Source of the DNA: Paramecium tetraurelia
Lineage: Eukaryota
Direction of reading: 5' to 3'
Assembly: GCA_000165425.1 (NCBI GenBank)
Contig: CT868006.1
Span: 186,001-250,000, forward strand
Length of the DNA stretch: 64,000 bases
Position numbers and translations under genes: made by a program. The notes under the pieces were generated by a model that had not been told where the DNA came from, did no database searches, and saw nothing but the letters and a program-made list of their open reading frames with translations. Numbering within the stretch: position 1 is the stretch's first letter; every line of letters begins with the position of its first letter. This document shows, piece after piece, positions 1-14,310 of the stretch.

Positions 1-1064
1 CACGACCTCCTCTTTGAATGATTCTGGCTTACTCTAGAAAACAATCAGGTTTATGATCTTTCGACAATTCAATTACCGACAATTTATTATCGAATCTTCC
101 TATAACTGCTCTACTATCACCAATATTGGCACAGTATAATACATTTTCAAAGGAGATTACTGTTACAGTGGTTGCACCTGAGTAAGTGACATCAATTCCA
201 CTTTCAAGTAATTCTTCATTGGTTTATAAAAAACAGTTTTTGAGGATTGTGTTAACTTATCTAGGAATTAATTAAATATTGTACTTATCTCTATCATAAC
301 AGGATGAAATGGCCTAGATTCCTTATTCAATGAAGGAAGGTAATACTTATTGTAGGAATTGAGCTACTTAGTGGCCATTTGTGCCATGTCCATCTGAAAC
401 TTAAATATACCAATCATTTTCTTTGTTGTTAAATTTGTTGATTAGTTTGTAGATGTCCTAATTGGTTTTAGTTTAACCATTGTAAAGCATTCCAGGAGCA
501 CTCAATCCATTTGCTTTTGCTATATAGAGGTGCAAGTTTGAAATATCAGGATTACTAATTGAACGAGGTCCTTTAAATAATTTCGATTTAACTATGGATT
601 GTTATTGTTGCTTAGTCATTTCCATTAATTTCTGGTATTTTTTAGAAATGCCTTGTTGATTGAATAGATCTTTGTTTTACTAAATTACAGGTTATTTAGT
701 TTCAGGCCTCTCCTGCTTGATTTTTAATAAGATTGACAAGGCATTGGCAGATAAGTTATGTGAATTTTCTTTGGTTTCAATTAATTTGCTGTTCTAACGT
801 GCATGAGTTTTTTTGAGTAATACACTGCTAACATCTTTGAAATCCTTTCCACTGGCTGGCCTTGATTTTTTGGCTTCAATTTTTGAATTGCCACCTCCAT
901 TCCTATTGCTGGGTACTAGATATCTAAATAGTAATTTGATTGTTGTACTTGTTTGCATTTACGATTGGTGACTTCAATCGGGCTTATTATTCTTGCTCAC
1001 TTTTCCTTTTTAGAAGTGAAGCATATAATTTATCTGGAGAAATTTAGGAGGCTTTAGCTTTCAT
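1..1064 (-). CDS. Protein phosphatase 2C (PPM family) with long N-terminal extension; 3' end runs off the window
   Basis: Code-6 translation from ATG at 1064 (MKAKASQISPDK...) contains the PP2C motifs TNQD, DGHGTNGH, SGATTVTV, CANIGDSRAVIG and LSKDHKPD..EQARIIQRGGRV. 25-nt intron near 926-950. Confidence 0.9.
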
Positions 1065-1672
1065 GCAAAATAGTTGTTAATTATTAAAATTATAAATATA
1101 TACATATTTTACTTGATCATATTTTTTCATCATTCACCTCTCCTCTCGAACCCTCTACTGTGGATTTAGCTTATCACTATACTACTTCAGGAGATACTCT
1201 ACATAAGCCTATAATGTAATAATAAGCATTTTAATTGGTGTTGCATTCATTTATGTATTTCATCATCATTATTCTATTTTATTTTACAACCAAAATATTT
1301 TATTTAATTTTAGTTATTTTATTTATTTCTTAAATATAAAATCACAAATTCTAATCTCTACCTTGATAACTTAAATATTCCACTAAAATCTTAAGGTTTT
1401 CCCAATTAACTATATGAAAATACCAGAATCTTAAGTGATATTCAACAAGCTTTTTAATATCTTTATCTCCCTCTTTGTTAACTCCTATTTTTACAATTGA
1501 CTATTCAATATCAGCAAAAGAAATGATATGCAGTTCATATATTTTTATAAATTATCCATTTTAATAATATATATGTTAAAATTTATTAATATTTATTTAT
1601 TAAACCATACATCCTATATTCGCTAAATATATTTTATTATAAAAACCTTTGATTTAGAGATTATAAAATAAA

Positions 1673-2907
1673 ATGTAAAATTAAGATTAAGAATATTTGC
1701 TCAATAATGTGAACCCCATCTTAGAATAACTAGCACTCTATTTAGTTAAAGAAAAGCCTGACAATGTGGTAATTCCTATTCATTATGATTTAATTAGACC
1801 CAAGCATCAATTGAATGGTTAAGCGTAACAGGAGGTATTGTTATTATTCATCAATTCACTAGCTCAAATTGAAAATGGATTACATCATAACCAAAATTTT
1901 CATAATGACACTGTTGAATCATCTGATGATACAGAATCTGATGAGGATGACTACGAACTCTATGCCAATAATCCCATTCGACCAGATAGAGCAAGCGTTA
2001 GTGCTGAAGTCTATGGAATTTATAACAAGAAAACTAATTTCAAACCTAAAATAGTTGCAAAATCTCACTTGCAAATTCAGAAAATCAAAGAAAAATTAGC
2101 ATAATCATTTATGTTCTCGGAATTGGATGAACATGATCTGAGAATAGTCATAAATGCTATGGAAGTCATCCAATGTAAAAAGGGAGATATAATCATCCGA
2201 TAAGGAGATGACGGTGACAATCTATATATTGTTGATGAAGGGACACTGGACTGCTCACGAACTAAAGCAGGCCAAGATTCAGTTCATCTGAAAACATACA
2301 AACCAGGTGAATCCTTTGGTGAATTAGCACTCTTATACAATTCCCCCAGAGCAGCCACAATAGTTGCAGAGGAAAACTGCGTTCTATTCTCCCTAGATAG
2401 AGGAACCTTCAATCACATAGTCAAAGATGCTGCCATCAGAAAGCGAGAAAGATATGAATACTTTTTAGCTCATGTTGAATTGCTTTAAGAGTTAGACCCC
2501 TATAGCAGATCTTAGATTGCTGATGCACTAAAGAGCAGAAACTTCAACATAGGTGACTACATAGTTAAGGAAGGAGACGAAGGAGATATCTTTTACTTCC
2601 TTGAGAAGGGAGAAGCTGTAGCCACAAAAGTCTTGAATCAAAGTATTCTCTTTCTTAATACCCTTTAGGTTAGCCTGCTTAAGAAGTTTACTTTTATAAG
2701 GAAGGTGATTATTTTGGAGAAATTGCCCTACTGAGATAAGCTCCAAGAGCTGCCTCTGTCATTGCCGAAGTAATCCCCATTTTCATTAAATCATAGACTC
2801 CGTGCACTGTTGTTTATTTGGATAGGGAGACATTCAAGAGATTATTGGGACCACTTGAAGATATACTCACTCGTAATTTTAAGAAGTACGAAAAATACAT
2901 GAATTGA
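1673..2907 (+). CDS. PKAR: cAMP-dependent protein kinase regulatory subunit
   Basis: N-terminal dimerization/docking-like helix (YLLNNVNPILEQLALYLVKEKPDN), inhibitor-site-like DRASVSAE, two cNMP cassettes (FGELALLYNSPRAAT and FGEIALLRQAPRAAS), four tiny introns, TGA at 2905-2907. Confidence 0.95.
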
Positions 2908-3766
2908 GATTATAAAATATCTATTTATTTTATAATAGTAAATTTTATAACTGCATTGCTAATTTATTTCATTTTTCAATCTTTACAAAATTATTCTGAA
3001 CAAATTAAATAATCAATTCTTGAAATCCTATTACTTAAAGTAAATTTGTTCCATTTAATTTAATAATTTTATATATTCTATTTTAAGAATCAAAGTATTA
3101 AAGTTTTAAATTCCCTTTTGATTACTAGGCCTAAAACACTTGACTGTAGAGTGACTTTAGAAAAACAACAATAAAGTTATGTAAATTCTAAATTGGAAAA
3201 ACTAAACATTAACCTAATTATAGAAATATAACAAAAATCAGTTTCAGCTCAGTATCTGAGATTATGCAAAAACCATTTAAGGTATAGGTTGTAATTGCAT
3301 GTTAAAATTTAATTTGTACTTTTTAAATTAATTATGACTAAAAATTTTCATCACTTCTTTTGTAATGATGAATTCTCTTATTTATTAGAAGCCATTATTT
3401 ATCAACAAATTTATGTTAATTTTTCGAAAATTATTGATTTCAACTTTTCCTATTCTCTGTTATATATTCCATTATTACTTAGTAGTATTGCTTCTCTCAA
3501 AATTAGTGACATTTTAATATTGCTTTAAATTTTAGGAGAATCATAATTTAATAGTCATAAATCTCTTACAATATTGATACTCAATTACTAGTAATAATAT
3601 AGAATATTGATTTAGCATTTTTCTATGCTTTTCCATATATTAAGGGTTCTCAAATCGTATAGTAGAGTTTATATACATGTCACAAATCGTTATACGAAAA
3701 ATTTTGATGATAAGAAAAGTAGCATATAATTTAATGTCATATTATTATTAATTATTTGTTAACTTT

Positions 3767-4619
3767 ATGAATTTATCTGCCAGATCCTATATGCCAACAT
3801 AAAAATCTATTTCTCCTTTGAATGATCGAACAACCAAGAAGCGAACTCTTACAATATATGAACTTACCAAGTCTTCAAAAAAAACAAACAAGATAATTAC
3901 AGAAAAATCCACTCAAAAAAAATTGACTTCCAATAGTTCTCAAGAGACTTCAGAAATATGTTTAACTAGGAATGATTCTGCATAGGACAACACCAGATTA
4001 TAATAATTGAAAATTTAAGTTTTAACGTACACATTTATCTCTCTAAAAGCTTAGAGAAAAAGTCTAACAGATTGAATAACTTAATTTCTAGAAAACTACT
4101 CTCCTGCTTAAAGAACTTCAATACTATCGCAATAAGCCCCTTAATAGTTCAAATACTTCGGTAATGGTTGCTTTGGCCTTAGCACGTATCTGATATTATA
4201 ATTACTTTATAGATACTAATATTAATCATTCATAACTCTTAATTATTTTTACTTTAAATCTACTTGTTTTTATGGAAATATTATCATTACAAACTGAAAT
4301 TTCAAAATCTATTATAACTGAGTCAAACATGAGTGATTAGTTATTCTAATAAATTCCCAAGATTTATCGACAGAATAGAGATTTTTTGATTAATTTAATG
4401 GATAAAAATTTTGATACAAATATTTCTAATTGTTATAAGTCAATAATTTCTCAATTATATTACTAATTCATATTTAATAACTAAGAAGTAAATTAGGATA
4501 TTTCTAGAAATAATAAATAAAAAGCAGAATTAATTTATTAATCTTATCTGTGCATTCAAAGCTATCTAGGTAGAAATATCTTACCATAGAAATAAGCTCT
4601 TTATCTAAAAATATATTGA
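3767..4619 (+). CDS. Hypothetical protein (coiled-coil segment)
   Basis: Open code-6 frame MNLSARSYMPTQK..., joined by two plausible tiny introns (about 4027-4054 and 4187-4213) to TGA at 4617-4619. Confidence 0.55.
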
Positions 4620-5004
4620 TACCCTTAATTAATTATCATCATTCCAATTTTTTTTGAATCATTTTTATTAAGGATAATAGTTTTATAATGAAATATGTGG
4701 CCAAGTTTAATTTCCTAAAATTCATTTAGTAATTTTACATTTTATTATTCATTTTTATTACAGTCCTCTCTATCATAAACCTCCTTATCATTTATGTTTT
4801 CTTAGTATTAAAATAACCTTCTAGTATTTCAAATTTATTTTTTTTCACTCTTAATTACAATAAAAATAAAGATGAGGATAATCTACCACAACAAATATGA
4901 GAGTATAACTTTAAAAAGGATATTTAATTTCCTAATATTCGTAAGACATAAAAATTTAATAATTGTTAGATGTATTGAAAACAAAAGAATATTAATAATA
5001 TGAA

Positions 5005-6120
5005 TCAAAAAGAGAATTCACTGCGATCTGACTAAGCTTCAACTTTCTGTTAGCTAATCTTGTATTATACAATTTGATAGCTTGATCTCCATAGTTAAAG
5101 GATATTTTTGGGATTTAATTCCATCTATTCAGCCTTTTCTTTATAATACAGCTCTTTGTAATAATTATCTTCAAATTATTGTAAATAACTTCTAGTGGGT
5201 TCTTCAAATTATTATGAATTTGGAATAAAGAGTGTAATTCCAGGTTCTATTCTTTTTACTCTTTCCTTAAAACTACTCAATAAATCATAGTCTTCATTTT
5301 CTACTTTAATACTGAAATTGTATTGTGTTTTTTCTTAAATATCATTTTATTCATTATTTTCAGTATTTTTTTTGACTTTTTTCTTTTGAGCAGGCTCTGT
5401 TGAACAGAAGTCTTGCTTACAAAATTTTTCAAGTTCAAATTAAAATTATTTCATCTCATCGGACATTTTACATTTTAATTCTTTAATTTTTTCTAATAAT
5501 GTTCTCAATTTATGATAATGGAGCTGATTTACAGGAACTATAGGAGCCTGAGTGTTACAAATTTGCATTTAAATGAGAATTTGTTTTGATTCACTAACAA
5601 AGTCTTATCCTTTGGACCATTTCTTTTATTTTACTTATTTCTCCTTTTCGTCAGCTTAAATTTATGGTGTTTCATTTGTTTCATTATCAATATTCGTTTG
5701 AAATTAAATAACTTGATTATCTTTAGTTTCTTTAGATTCTTTGTAGAAACTTAAGAAATCGAATTCATTTTGAACTCTTTTTTGAAACTCTATCAAAATA
5801 AACTGTTAGAATTTAGTTTCAACACTCTTCGCACTTTCTATTAAAAATGCTTTTAAGTCTTCTCTTACGTTTTCAGGGAGACTTCCTAAATGTTTCCACA
5901 CTCCTTAGTTGGGATATGATTAAAGAGTAGCTCTTCTATTAGCAGTTCCAGGTTTAATTGATACACAAGTTGACAAAAGGTGATATGGTAAATTCTTATC
6001 ATTAAAATATTTCCTCATTGTATTTAATGCCCACTTCATAAATAATTTCTTCTTTCCTTCTATTTCTTGAAAATCTTTATTTGGTTAATTTGACATTTTT
6101 ATTATTGAAATTTGATTCAT
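5005..6120 (-). CDS. Hypothetical protein
   Basis: Long code-6 ORF MNQISIIKMSNQPNKDFQEIEGKKKLFMKWALNTMRKYF... ending ...SDRSEFSF*. No family recognised. Confidence 0.65.
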
Positions 6121-6869
6121 ATAATAACTTGGTTAAAACACACTTAATTCTATCATCTTAATTCTATAAATAATGATACTTAATAAAAAAGACTTTGTAA
6201 TACTATCATAATTAATAGAGTCTGAAATTTTGTAAACTTTTTTACTAAAATTGGAGTGTTAGATTAAAACATGAATGGAGCAAGTCTTCAATCCGATTTA
6301 CTTGATACCTCCCTAGAAATATAGAATATCCAATTTTTGGACTTCTTATAAAATACCTGCCCAAAAGATGCACACCTCAAAAGAGTAAAGCTAAATGAAG
6401 TATATTTTTATAGAAACCTCCTTTCTATAAAGAAGTGTCAAAATAGAATTCCTTTTTACTTTTTATTTAAAAATTCAGTTTATAATTAATAAGCGTATTT
6501 CTATTATTGTAAAATTTTCCAATTTTCATATTAAAACCATTATTTGTTATTTGTGCTCAATATTAGGATCAAAACCTATGTTTACTTTAAATAAAGTGTT
6601 TAATTTGAACCTTTCCTTAATATGTCTAAATTTTTCACAATCATTATAATCAACTTTTGAGTTCTTCCTCAATTATTAAATAAACTACTCATTTAACTCA
6701 TATTCTCAGCTTCCCTTTGATTGATTCAATTGCAATAATAAAATAACAAATAATAATTGCAAAAAGGAATAAAAAAATTGTATAATTCAATTAAAATGTG
6801 TTAGCAAAGGTATAATGATGCAAATGAATTAGAGAAATATAATTTAATGCTCTATTTTAATAATAATCA

Positions 6870-8447
6870 TCATAAATTCCATGATTTCTTTAAAATTGCT
6901 TCAAAAGTCTCATCTTATTCTATTGCTGATGACACATCCTAGTATAAATATAATCAAAGTTACCTAATAAAATTCACCGAACTCTTAAAATTAAATTACT
7001 CTGTCTGGTTATGCCTTATTCCAATGAGACACAAATTCCTAAAACACTTATCTCTCTGTTTTATATCCCTTGAGTACATCAGGATGTTCTTTAACATTGA
7101 TGGTTCTGCCCATGGTATCCAAAGTGACTTTGCCTGCTCTTTATTCAATAGATGCATATGCTCTTTAAACAAAGTAAAGTCTTTTATCGCTCATTTGTAA
7201 CTAACTATGGATTAAAGTAATTTACTCTAAAGGCATCCAAAAATTCATTGAATTCAATCTTCCCATTGTTATTTTTGTCAAATGTTTAAAAGATCATTTT
7301 AGTTTCATCTTCACTCAGATTGAGTCCAAAGTTTCTCAGTCCCCATTTAAAGTCATCATACTCAACAACCCCATCTATTATAATGCGTAAATTATTACTA
7401 TTATTTTGATCCATTTCAAAAAAGCCTTTAGCCAACCCTCTCAATCCATAAGAACCTTTACCTGTTATTTATTATTTAACTCTAATCATAAGATTCTTAA
7501 CATTTCTATTGTCATCCATCACTGATTCATCAAATTATTGACTTTATTTAGTTGCAATAACAAATTTCCATAAATTCTAAGGTCTATAAAATAATTTTAA
7601 TTAATATCTACTCTTAATTTCTTAATGGAATATCAATAGTAGTCCTGCCCTCTTTTTCTGCTATTAAATTTTGTGTTTTATTCAAACATTAATAAGAGTG
7701 CACAAAAACTTCGCGTTCTCTACCAAAATCGTTTTGATACACTATATCATCACTTGCTAACCAATGTTAGGTAAATGAATGTTTAACAAGTACAACGTCA
7801 TCAATTCTAATAGGTTGCCCTTCCATTTCAAATCTAATTTTTGGATCTGAATGTTCTAATTTCCACACTGTATTAAAAACATCGCTCTCTATGGCACAAA
7901 CTTCTTATTTTCTTGATATTTTAGCACATCTGGTAGGTGTCTATGGAAGTGAATGGAGATAAAAAGTTTTATTGTTTGATATTCTTGGATTTGCAAGGAT
8001 TCTGAAATGTTATCCATAATGTAAAATATCATCACCAAAGTAATTGGGTTCTTTGTTATAAGGCACAACTACGAATACAGATCTTACTGTTGATTATGCT
8101 GTTGGGGCTGTAGTAACATTGTAGGCTTCTTCATTTATTTTCAATCTTTCTTAGATGTCTATTGATAAAAAGCCTTATGTTTTTAGATTTTAAAGCATAA
8201 TATGGAATCCGAAATGAATGTATTCATCCTTTGGATAAGTAAGTGATGCTAGTCTAAGACTGAAGTTAGTTTTTTAATCCTTGACAATGCTTGCCAGTTA
8301 CCCATTTTATCTATTTTTCAAATAGTCCTTTTTCCTAATAAATTCATGAACAAATTCTCACTTGGTCTCATCTAACTCCCACTCTTCAAACCAATTACCG
8401 ATGCGTGTCTAGAACTTGTATTTGTGATCGACGTTGAAATTGTGCAT
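6870..8447 (-). CDS. CFAP161-like ciliary protein fused to a calcyphosin-like EF-hand region
   Basis: N-terminal RIGNWFEE, LHYGQHF, DPKIRFEMEGQP, NDFGREREV and QNLWKF resemble CFAP161. C-terminal GLRGLAKAFFEMD, FDKNNNGKIEFNEF, EHPDVLKG and EFGEFYQDVSSAIEQDETFEAILKKSWNL resemble calcyphosin. Several tiny introns. Confidence 0.8.
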
Positions 8448-8856
8448 TTAATAATGATTAAATAAATTATTATTGATTAAAGATAATATTAATAACTAAT
8501 ATTTTTCAAGACCAAAGCCCTGTAGTATTTCAAATAAAATTGAATTTAATAGATCGCACTTGGTAACAAGCAATTAGAAATTATAATAAAATTATAGATC
8601 CTACTTATGTTCATAATGTAAATAAATACAAATTTTACAAATTCTTTGCTTTGAAAATAAGGCTAATTTCTTGAGAAAATATATAACATATATAATTTTC
8701 ATACTAAATTAACATTATGATATTTTAACAATTTGCAATTATTTTCAATAATTTATTATTTGATAATATAATTATTGATATTAGAATTGATTTGCGTGAT
8801 AATGAGCTTTACAAATACTGAATTGACGACTGAAGCTTCATCATTTAAGATTAAAA

Positions 8857-9845
8857 TGTTTGCTTTACTCTCGGGGTATAATTTATAGACCATGTTGAAA
8901 TTATAGCATAGACATATGTCTTGTTGTGTTTATGACTTAAAATTTAAATCCATTCTCTGTAAAATGCATTGTTGTATAATCTTTAACAATCATTTGGATT
9001 TAAAAATTGAGAAATATAATTTTTTGAGAATTGTGAAGCTTTTTATTTGCATGCCAAAACCTATCAAATTGAGTGTAATTTAAAAGATTGTTCTTTAACG
9101 TTATAAATGATTGATTACTGAATGTAAATTTCCTAAAGGTTGTTTATAAACGCGTCAGCTTCAACATTTGAATGCAATTAATAAATCAATTTTGCTTTTT
9201 ATTCCAATTCTACCTTTAGGGTTTTAAATGCATATGAATTTGACTTAAGAATATTATAACTAGTCTGTTTTATTTCCGTGGAAATTATAATAAATTGAAT
9301 CAGCCTCCCTTTTTGAAAGAATGTAATATTTATTTGAGTTTAACTTGCAAATTATAGTTAGATTCATAAAAAGAAAGTTCTTGATTGTTCGCTTACGCTT
9401 TATAAAATAAAATGAATACGTAATCTTTAGACAGAAACGTATAAAACTGTTACATCAATGATTCATTTTAGATATTCCTATAAATATTGATGATGGATGA
9501 TATTGAAAACTAATGAAAGAATGTTGAATAAACAAAAAAATAATTTGAAAAATTAATAATTTATAGGTGTTGATGAAAGCTTTGTCACTACTTTTAAGTG
9601 CACGCACGGCTTTTTCAACCCCTCATAACTGCAGCTACCAGTTTGAAGGGTCTAATTCACTACTACTAATGCTACAACCTCTAATATTCTTCGTTTGGAT
9701 CATATTATTTGATAGCTTACTTCACAACTCCCTCACTTTGATTACTGGCATTATTAATTTAATTTGTGTTATTGTTTTAATTGATATTTGTATTCTTTTA
9801 AATCTCTACATTGATTACATTGTTCAAATTAGTTATGGATGCTAA
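8857..9845 (+). pseudogene. Possible decayed Cys-rich membrane-protein gene
   Basis: Cys-containing fragments in different frames interrupted by TGA, plus a hydrophobic terminal segment (9567-9845). No continuous frame could be built. Confidence 0.25.
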
Positions 9846-10367
9846 AATTAAAAAATAATAAACATGAATGTTATGTTGAGGACATTGACATAATACTAAA
9901 ATCTGTATTGATAATAGGTTCTGGTATAGGCTGCCAAACTGAATTTTCAATATCCTCATGCTTATTCTCCTCATCTTCTTAATATTAACCTTCATAATAA
10001 GGATAATATTTAAATTAGTTTAATTGTGTTGTCCCACTAAAGGACCCTTCCTAACCTTAACTTCCCGCTCCTTTTTATCTTCTTTATTGCTCTCTCATTA
10101 GCTTGCGAAGTTTTCGTTTTAGGATTCTAAGTTTTTTGGTTTTCCTAATAAAAGTAAATTTTTCTAGATTAAATACTTGAATACAACAGACTCTTAAACT
10201 GTCTAGATGATCATGCTCGTAGTGTTATAATGAGCTTCGAACATTTAAGCGAATATTTCTTTTTCTGCTTCTAATTCTAATTCTTCATCGCTGAAGGTTT
10301 ATATGTATTAAAATGAAGTTTATGAAGATAATGTAGAATTACTGATTGATGAGGTGGAGAATGACAT
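9798..10367 (-). CDS. Small hypothetical protein
   Basis: MSFSTSSISNSTLSSQTSFQYIQTFSDEELELEAEKE... with one plausible intron; 3' end uncertain. Confidence 0.45.
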
Positions 10368-10825
10368 TTGATTGATATTATGATTTTTTTTTTGTTTTAA
10401 TTAATATCTCTATTGTTATATATAAATGCTCAAAAATACAACTTAATATTATAGTATATGAATATTGACCTAATAATGCCTTTTTAATAAGTTGTAGTAC
10501 TCTAGATTGAATGTATTTTGTATTAATATTATTCTTTTTCTTTATATGTTTTATTACAAATGGAATTCTTATGTATGTGTGTTATCCAAAATTTAAATTC
10601 TATTTTTCTAAAAAATAACTGGAATTTAGTTTCAATTAATCATTCTCTTGAATAATGTAAACATCAATTTAACCAGAGAATACTCAAAAGTCTACCTATC
10701 TTGAAAAAGTACAAGATATTAGATGCATAGAAAACATTTTAGTTGATAATAATTTATGCCATGAATAATATTGTAGAAATGCTTAAGATTGGATCTTTTT
10801 CCCTTTTGTTACAGATGTAAATCAG

Positions 10826-12479
10826 TCATCTCAATCCAAATAACAGTATGGATCTATTTATTTTTTAGAACAATTCAATATCCTCACTTAATAAGTATCT
10901 ATTAGAATTTTGCTAGAATTCTTAACTTATTACAATCAACTTGAATAAATTAATTTTTAATATCATTTATTTTATATAAATCAATTTAATACAATTATCA
11001 TTAATCAAATTCTAATTTCTGTTTCATGGTAAAGATGCAATATAAATTCCAGTTTTTTCTAAAGCTGAGGTAGTTTAAAATAATAGTCCATCAAGCATTC
11101 TGTTAAGCTGTCTCTAATTTCATGAAAAGGGTTTTATAATTACTTTCCACTAAAAGATCCATTCCTAATCTTAATTTAATATACTCTCTAGTTCTTGAAT
11201 AAATCTCATGATCAATTTCAGATTTAAAAATAGCATCAACAATCTCTTAACTATTAATACATAAAAAGTCTTGAGTTCTTATATTATTTTCTAATTTTAC
11301 CTAATTTTAAATACAATAAAATAATTCCATCAAACTATTTTATTCTTTGGTTTTAGATAAAAGCTCATCCTATTTTGAACATAAATTAAAATTATTTTCT
11401 ATTGTTTTGATTTATTTTTAAACTCTTTATACTTAAATATGGTAATAAAAATTTGAATTTTATTCAAATTCTTGATTAAACTTCTTACAAACATATCTTG
11501 TATTTTAGATGTCTTTCAATGAGCAATATGATAATATACCTTTAAAAAATAAAGTTCCTAAGTTTGAAATATTTTCTAATTAATTTAATTTTGATCTTTA
11601 TTTTGTGAGTAAATTATGTAAAAATATTTATTATTATTATAGATTTAGAACTATTTTTTCTTTGTTATATGCATCACAAATTAATTTATAATCTGATTGT
11701 GTTGTAAAATCGTATAGATTCTTTATATATTTTGTTAAGGCTATATTCTCTTTTGAATTTATGTAATTCTTTTAATTCCTATTTTTTGACATGTAATTCC
11801 TAATCAATCTTCTTTCTTTTTCAAGTAAGCCATACCAATCCAAAGGTTGATACTGAAGGCAGATAACAGTTTACAAGATATCATATTTTGTCACATATTG
11901 TTTTTATTTTTATTCTTAAGATTTAGTTGCCATATATAAATCAGCAAGTAAGGTGAATTAAGATATCTGTTGGGAGGGAATTTGAGAAATGCTTCCATTT
12001 ATCGACATCAGTTTCCTCAATTATTTTAAAATATTATTTAAACTTGGAATTACAGGTTGCTAAAAGTCTTGAATATTGAGGGATTTTACATAATTCTATC
12101 TTTGTATTTTAATATAATATAGAAATTCTATATTTGCTTCTATTAAATGATTTGTTAAAATGCTCACAAGCCTTAATTACATGAGGTCTTGTGTAGATAA
12201 AAACACCATAATATTTCTAAAGACAATCTGAGAAACAAATCTCCCAAAAAGATTCTATTGCTTTTAGGTTTTTACATATTTTTCCAACTTAAATTTTGGT
12301 TAGGGTTATTTTTTATTGAGATTATCTTTTAAATTACTTTTTGGAAGTGTTAAGTTTTAGAATGAATAAAATAAATTTTAATATGCATTAAAAGCTGTTC
12401 TTGTTTATTTTTATGTTATTTGCTGTTTTTATCTTAATCCTTATTGCGAATGCTTTAAAAAGATATTATCTTAACTCAT
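10826..12479 (-). CDS. Hypothetical Q/K/N-rich protein
   Basis: Extended code-6 open frame on the minus strand (e.g. ICLQYQPLDWYGLLEKERRLIRNYMSK); both ends approximate. Confidence 0.45.
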
Positions 12480-13012
12480 TTATTTTTTTATTAAAAGTTT
12501 TGCAAATATAATTATAAAAAGAAGGTTCTGATTCTGTTGAAATCTATTGGATGCAAGAAGCATAAAGTTTATTGATAAATGAAAATTCACCTAGATAAAG
12601 AGTGAAAAATTGAAATTTAACAATCATATCCAATGTTATTTTGAATTATTAATACATATTTTGCTATTTAAATCGTTTTAATAGGTTTTTATAATTATTT
12701 ATCCCTAAGATCAGTCTATGGAAGAGTAAATAAAGGTTTAGGTACCCAATTGAAAAGCGATGATAATAAATAGTCTCCCATTCAAAGGGGAAAGGAATGG
12801 CCAAATGTCTGAGTGACCTTATTATGAATTCGATAATATATATTGAATTATTAAGATTTTCTATAGAAATAGGCAGATTTAAATTGTTAAGTGAACAATT
12901 CCTATCTAAATATTCACTAAAAGATATGAATACTTTTTAAATGACTTGATATAGTAATATCAACTCACAAACAATTAATTATTTTTGCTACAAATCATAA
13001 ATCATAAATCAT

Positions 13013-13258
13013 ATGGGGTTATGCACATCAAAAAAACACAACTATCCGCTTCAGAGAAGCTAACCGTAGAGGAATATTGAAATCGACTTTGTCAAATTGC
13101 TAGAGTATAATCGTAAAAAGGAAGTCAAGGATAATAAGAATAATTAACAACAACAATCATTCTGTTAGATTTTCTTACAAGATAATAAAACCTCTAATCC
13201 TCAAACCTTAACGTAAAACTTAGCTCCAACAGCATAGTTAGACTACAAGAAAATATGA
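13013..13258 (+). CDS. 81-aa small protein with N-terminal MGLCTSK acylation motif
   Basis: Intronless ATG-to-TGA ORF of 246 nt, MGLCTSKKHNYPLQ...LDYKKI*, following an AT-rich upstream region. Confidence 0.65.
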
Positions 13259-14310
13259 TTCTATTCTTGGTTAATCCTTGAAGCTCTATGAGTTATGAAT
13301 ATATTTAATAAACTGAATTATTAATAACAATACTCCTGTTTACTCTACTATTTAAATACTTCCTAATACCCACAAAGTTTCATATTTACTGTATTTAATT
13401 TGAAAACATCCAAATTAATCAAATAATAATATATATAATCAATAGAAATAAAGAATTGTTCAAAGATCTTGATTTGCATCACAATTTGAACAAGTAAACT
13501 CAAGCTCTCAACACTTATTAAGTGTAGTTTCAAAAAAAAATTTATTTTTTACTAGAATCTCTTTTTTTACCAATATTACATAAATAAGTTCTTCTCTTTT
13601 CAACATTTGAGCATTTAACTAATAAATGATAAATTTATGAAGTTCCTTTGTTTAAATTTATCAACATTTAGGTTAGAAAATTTAAATATAGTAGTTCATT
13701 TTATTGTTAATAATTAACAACTCTTTGTTGGTAATCCGATGTTTTTTCAACCTTAAATTGTTGGTCTAATATTTATAGTATTCGTTATATTTAATGTATT
13801 GTTTCTATGATCTTTCAATATTTTAATTTCATCAAAAATTTTGACAATATTAAACATAATGACGAAATGATTAGTCTTTCTACTACTATAGTAAGTTTGA
13901 GTTTAATAAATAAAAGAAGAAAATACAAACATTACAATAAAATAGATTCAAGTAATCTTTCGTAATTACTATTCCATACATTAATTTTTATTTATATTTT
14001 ACTTTTCATTAATAGAAACACATTTTAAGCTTTACCTAATCCAATGACACACTCAATTCACTGATTTGTATTTATATGGCATCGTTTCGTAAAAATAGGA
14101 TGGTTATCTTATTGAATATTTAATGAAAATAATTTATTACGATTTCCATATTATCTGACTTCAAATTCATTATCGTTTTTTATAAAATTAATATTTAAGT
14201 TATCGTTATTTTAATAAATTCTTTTTGTATATTAGACCATGAAGAGTTAGAATGAGTACAACAATTATTGATTAATTTTCTTTACGTATTTATTCATGTT
14301 AATGTATATT

